From: Phaeosaccion multiseriatum
Taxonomy: Eukaryota > Protista > Ochrophyta, other classes
Direction: 5' to 3'
DNA length: 64,000 nucleotides
Assembly: GCA_965112735.1 (NCBI GenBank)
Contig: OZ218954.1
Location: 2,790,001-2,854,000, forward strand
This document shows, piece after piece, positions 58,055-64,000 of the stretch. Both the position numbers and the translations under genes were made by a program. Position 1 is the first letter of the stretch. The number at the start of each line of letters is the position of its first letter. Under the pieces are notes generated by a model. The model saw nothing but the letters and a program-made list of their open reading frames with translations, ran no database searches and was not told the DNA's origin.

Positions 58055-58190
58055 CCAGGGTATCATCTGCATTCAGCACCAAATCCCAACCCAGGGCGGC
58101 AGCCACAGTTTCGTTGACTTTCTCATCTGTGCTGAAGAGTCTGACGAGGACCTCGACGGAGCCGCGATGGCAGCCGATGGCAATGAATGA
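54882..58190 (+). CDS. RAD1: Checkpoint clamp (9-1-1) subunit RAD1
   Basis: FSCRIDNAKAVTTILSCL, AQGKLQRELF, FGVNLTTVLDCLQ|VYG, LALEENGVFTSCEI, ILKSSYLKESFQEL, APYFRLSATG.MGS, EIDFPKGSE, RINTE|GIICIQHQI, FVDFL. Confidence 0.92.
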
Positions 58191-58215
58191 GAAGGGGCGA
58201 TGGCAGCCCAGGGAG

Positions 58216-58372
58216 AGGAGGGATGGCAACCGAGGGAAAGCAGTCAAGAGGAGGGATGGCAACAGAGGGAAGAGAGTCAAGAGGAGGGATGGCAACCGAG
58301 GGAAAGTAGTCAAGAGGAGGGATGGCAACAGAGGGAAGGGAGTCAAGAGGAGGGATGGCAACCGAGGGAAGG
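58216..58372. repeat. 33-bp tandem repeat, about 5 copies, just 3' of the RAD1 stop
   Basis: Unit approximately GAGGAGGGATGGCAACCGAGGGAAAGCAGTCAA. Confidence 0.9.
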
Positions 58373-58512
58373 GATTGTAAATATACCACAGTGGGGCGGG
58401 GCGGTGGGTGTTGTTGCTGACCATACATTCTATATTCGGCTTCAGTTTGGAGCGCAGTCGAAGAGAACCGGTACGGTAGTTCACAACCGAGTCTGTAAGG
58501 AGTGTAGACCGA

Positions 58513-58799
58513 TCGGCCCTGGAAGAGGTTATCAGATTACTGATTACGGCCGGCGCAGCCGGCCTGATTACTGATTACTGCCGGCGCCAGCCGGCCTGAT
58601 TACTGATTAAGGCGCCAGCCGGGCCTGATTACTGATTATGGCCGGCGTCAGCCGGGTCTGATTACTGATTATGACCGGCGCCAGCCGGCCTGATTACTGA
58701 TTATGACGGGCGCTAGCCGGCCTGATTACTGATTATTGGCGCCAGCCGGCCTGATTACTGATTATGACTGGCGCACACTGTAACCTCTTCCAGGGCCGA
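58513..58799. mobile_element. TIR element with perfect 19-bp TIRs, 6-bp TSD and an internal 8x ~31-bp array
   Basis: GACCGA|TCGGCCCTGGAAGAGGTTA ... TAACCTCTTCCAGGGCCGA|GACCGA; GATTACTGATTA occurs 8 times inside. Confidence 0.88.
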
Positions 58800-58869
58800 G
58801 ACCGAGGAGACCGCCAAGGCGCCCAAGAAAATATAAACTACTCGTAGAATGAGCCGAGACACAGCATAA

Positions 58870-58936
58870 TCGGCCCCTGACATGGTCTTGAGACAGGCCA
58901 GCCCAGAACCAGGAACCAGGGTCCTCAGAACCATGT
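58870..58936. mobile_element. TCGGCCCCTGACA family copy C (right TIR truncated)
   Basis: TCGGCCCCTGACATGGTCTTGAGACAGGCCAGCCCAGAA is near-identical to copy A; similarity ends at CTCAGAACCATGT. Confidence 0.7.
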
Positions 58937-59159
58937 TCAACCCCTGATACACTATCCGCTATCCGCTATCGCCGGCGCCAGAAGCTAGCGTATCACCAAC
59001 ACGTGCACTTTGAGATGTATCAAGTCTCAAATCGTCAAACCCCTGTCTTTGGCGAACCAAGCAGCTGTAGGCCACGTGCAGTCTTTATCGAGATAGAGCA
59101 GACGTGGGAAGTCTCAGCACCGCCCAGGTAGGGGCTGTTCAGGAGAAGGAGGAAGAGGA

Positions 59160-60959
<1,800 letters not shown>

Positions 60960-61077
60960 TTGTAGTAGTAGTAGTAGTAGTAGTAGGAGGAGGAGTAGTA
61001 GTAGTAGTGGTAGGAGGAGGAGTAGTAGAAGTAGCTGCAGCAGAGAGAAAAGAAGTAGTAAGATTTTTTTTTTTTAA

Positions 61078-61237
61078 TTGAGCCCAACCCAAGCCACATC
61101 AACGAGCTTGATCCCAACCCAAGCCAAATCAACAAGCTTGATCCCAACCCAAGCCAAGTCAACAAGCTTGATCCCAACCCAAGCCACATCAACAAGCTTG
61201 ATCCCAACCCAAGCCAAATCAACAAGCTTGATCCCAA
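61078..61237. repeat. 30-bp tandem repeat x5.3 next to a T12 tract
   Basis: Unit TTGATCCCAACCCAAGCCAAATCAACAAGC; T12 at 61064-61075. Confidence 0.93.
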
Positions 61238-61506
61238 GGCGTTCGTTTCCTCTCGTTACGCCGCGCTGCCATGTGCGTGACCGAACAGGACCCTGCCTGC
61301 CATAGACTGCCATCACTCTCCTTGCTCACACTGCAAAACTCGTTCAACAGCCGACCCCCATACCAAGTATTGAAAGAAATCCTCCCCATCAATACCGAGA
61401 GCATTAACTCATACCCCCTCCTCTCCACGCCCGGCCCTCACCCCCCCCCCCACACACACAGTTTCAGTTTCTTAGCTGATTCCTATAAAGTCAATAAAAC
61501 CCCCCC

Positions 61507-62200
61507 TCAGCCCCTCGATCTGGACCGCCGCCGTTCCTTCTTGTGGCTCTTCTTCTTCTTCTCCTTCTTCTCTTTCTTCTTCTCCTTCTTTTCCTTCTTG
61601 TGTCCGCTGCTGCTCCTCCTCTCGTCGTCGCCAAGGCTGCCCTCCTCCTCCTCCTCCTCCTCCTCCTCCCGTCGACTCCTCTTCCTGTGGCTCTTGTCGC
61701 TCTTGCGCTCTCGCCTCTCCCCGCCCCGATCCTTGTCTCTGCTGTTCTCGCCTCCTCTTCTACCGCTGCTCCTGCTCCTGCTCTTGCTCCTGCTTCTGCC
61801 CCTGCTCCTACTCCGCTCTCTGTACCTCTCACGGCCTCTATCTCTCTCTCTACTCCTCCCCTCCTCCTTCTCTCTGCTTGTTCTTCTGTCCTTCCCGTTC
61901 CCGTCCGCTCGGTGGTGTGTGTGAGGTTCTCTGCCCCTGCCCTCAGCCCGGACCGTATCACCAACTGCTTCAGCCCCAGCCGCAGCCCCGTCTCTACCCC
62001 CCCACCTCCCACTCCTCCCTCCGCCCTGCCCTGTGCGGCCGTCCCCGTCCCTCCCCGCTGCGGTGCCCCTCTCTTCTCCTCCCATCGCCCTCTTGCTCCC
62101 TCCGCCCCCCCCGTCGGAGCTGACTGAAGGTCTATTTCCCCATCTACTTGTCCTGGGTTTGCTCGCTCCTGCAGCCTGCTGCTGCTGCCCTTGCCGGTAA

Positions 62201-62231
<31 letters not shown>

Positions 62232-64000
62232 GATGGTGAGGCGGTTTCATCTGTTGGTGCCTCTGCTGCTGGCGCTGCTGCTGCTGACCGCTCTTGAGCT
62301 TGAGGCCTTTTGTATTGCTTCGATACGAGGCCCACTGCTTGGACATGCTTTGACTGAAGTCCACCTTGATTCGTCTGCGATGGTTGGGGTGGGACGAAGG
62401 GACGAAGGCGGGCAAGGCGGGCGGCGTAAGCAAGCAGAGCGCCGGCAGCAGAGAGGGAGCACAACGATCAAGATGAGTGAATATGTCGGACGAGCAACAC
62501 GCAAGCGAGCACGCACACGCACACAGACGGGCCTAGCTATCATGCGTTGCTCATTTCCTTGAAGGCCTCCTCACACGCGCACACGTACGCACGTACACAC
62601 ACACACACGCGCACGCACACGCACGCACGCACACACACACACACGCACCAACTCGTACACACGCACGCACCCACACGTATACAAGAAACGCACGCACACA
62701 CATCCACAAAGAGACACGTACCTGTCGTCGATGAGTACGTTGTTCATCTTCCTGTAAGCCTCTTCGCACGCCTCCACTGTTTCGAACTCAACGAAACCGT
62801 AGTTCAGGCTGGTAAGGGAGGGAGGGAGGGAGGGAGAGAGGGAGGAATTGAGGGAGTGTGTGGGTGCATGAGGGGGTGAGTGAGTGAGTGAGTGAGTGAG
62901 TGGGTTCGTGAGTGAGTGAGTGAAGGAGGCGGGGGGGGGGGTGAGTATGTGGCTGATTATATGTGCGCCCCCCCCCTGGCTGACCTGTCGCCCGTGATGT
63001 GGTCTCTGCAGAGCTCAGCTTTGCATGGCCCGAAGCGAGAGAAAATGATCTGTATCCACCGACCGGAAAGAGCGCAAGGGAGAGGGAGTAAGAGAGTGTG
63101 GCAAGCAGAAGGAGGGGCAGGAGGGAAGGGTTGACCGGATAGCGGGCAGAGGGTAGAGTGGAAAAGAGGAGGGGGTGCGAATGGGATGGATGATTGGTCT
63201 CTCGCACAACCAACCGTACAGACACAGACACACGCGCTCCAATCGTTCAGCTCCCTATCTCCCTCCCTCCCTCTGTCCCCTGTATCACCAACTGCCCACC
63301 CTTACCTCTAGATCGTCATCGGTTGTGACGGGATTGATCTTACAAATGAAAAGAACGTTCTCCGGGGGGGCCATGTCAGCGTCGGGTACATCTCCGATCA
63401 TCTCCAGGACAGCAGCGTGGCTCTTCGCCTCCTTCTCACGGATTGACTTCTCGAGCTCCGCGGAGGACTTGGCGTCTCCCTCTCCGATCTTGTGTGGGGG
63501 GAAGGAGGGGAGGGGAGGGAGGGAGGGAGGAAGGGAGGGGGGAGAGGGAGGAATGGAAGGAGGGAGGGAGGAAGGGAGGGGGGGGATTCATCAGCAGCGC
63601 CCCCACTTCAATAGAGGAGGGGGGGGGGGGGGGGGTCGGAGGAGTGCGTGCGAGCGTGAATGGCAGTAGATGGCAATAGATGGCCGCCGAGAGCAGATTG
63701 CAGAGCAGATAGCACACCGTACCTTCTCGTGCACGCCGATTCGGGGAGGAAGTTTCTCCTCTTCGGGTTTGTCTCGAGTGGGGGAGGCTTTTGAAGCGAC
63801 AAAAGCAAAGGCGATGCAAGGCCGAGTGGAGGGGAGGGGAGAAAGGCAGAGGAAAGGGGGGGAGAGGAGGAAGAGGAGGAGGAGGAGGAGGAGGAGGCGG
63901 AGGAGGAGGAGGAGGAGGAGGAGGAGGAGGAGGAGGGAAGGGGAGGCGGCCCATCAGATGAGAGTGGCGTCGCTACACATCACCCAGCGCCTCGAGGACA
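61507..64000 (-). CDS. PPIL4: Cyclophilin-RRM protein PPIL4/CYP59 (5' partial)
   Basis: [42 protein letters not shown]|[33 protein letters not shown]|RIKVDFSQS, followed by an RS/K-rich tail. Confidence 0.95.

Noticed and set aside
58200-58574. ORF with QEEGWQPRESS repeats
   Set aside because: Product of a 33-bp tandem repeat in the RAD1 3' region running into the TIR element.
58532-58775. CRISPR-like repeat-spacer array
   Set aside because: The constant part is only ~12-15 nt, the 'spacers' are variants of one sequence, there are no cas genes and the context is eukaryotic. It is a tandem array inside a TIR element.
61078-61237. CRISPR-like or coding repeat (GIKLVDLAWV / TQAKSTSLIP ORFs)
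   Set aside because: Contiguous 30-bp tandem units without spacers. The ORFs arise because the unit length is a multiple of 3.

Overview
Gene-dense, intron-rich eukaryotic nuclear DNA, most likely from a photosynthetic stramenopile (ochrophyte) alga with a flagellate stage. The lineage is an inference from a signal-peptide-bearing plastid HST, a fused DHFR-TS, and the ciliary/centriolar genes BBS5 and CCDC57. About 19 spliced genes can be reconstructed by eye: TAT-SF1 (5' partial), a hypothetical gene, DHFR-TS, an F-box-like orphan, a SAM methyltransferase, an F-box/coiled-coil protein, a signal-anchored protein, SURF1, a low-complexity protein, MFSD5/MOT2-like, NOP53, BBS5, a 2H cyclic phosphodiesterase, an AlkB-type dioxygenase, CCDC57, HST, RAD1, BIN4-like and PPIL4 (5' partial). 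Six pairs lie head-to-head. Introns are packed with microsatellites, so most raw ORFs in the track are spurious. The most striking non-genic structure is: (i) a family of small TIR elements bounded by TCGG...CCGA with 6-bp target-site duplications, one carrying an internal 8-copy array; (ii) three long fold-back hairpins in or beside orphan coding-like DNA; (iii) a TTAA-flanked piggyBac-like MITE; (iv) a dispersed 11-nt motif GTAYCACCAAC found at least 13 times; (v) a 37-bp motif shared by two 3' regions and a poly(A)-tailed repeat array. All gene models and family calls come from manual motif recognition, not database searches.
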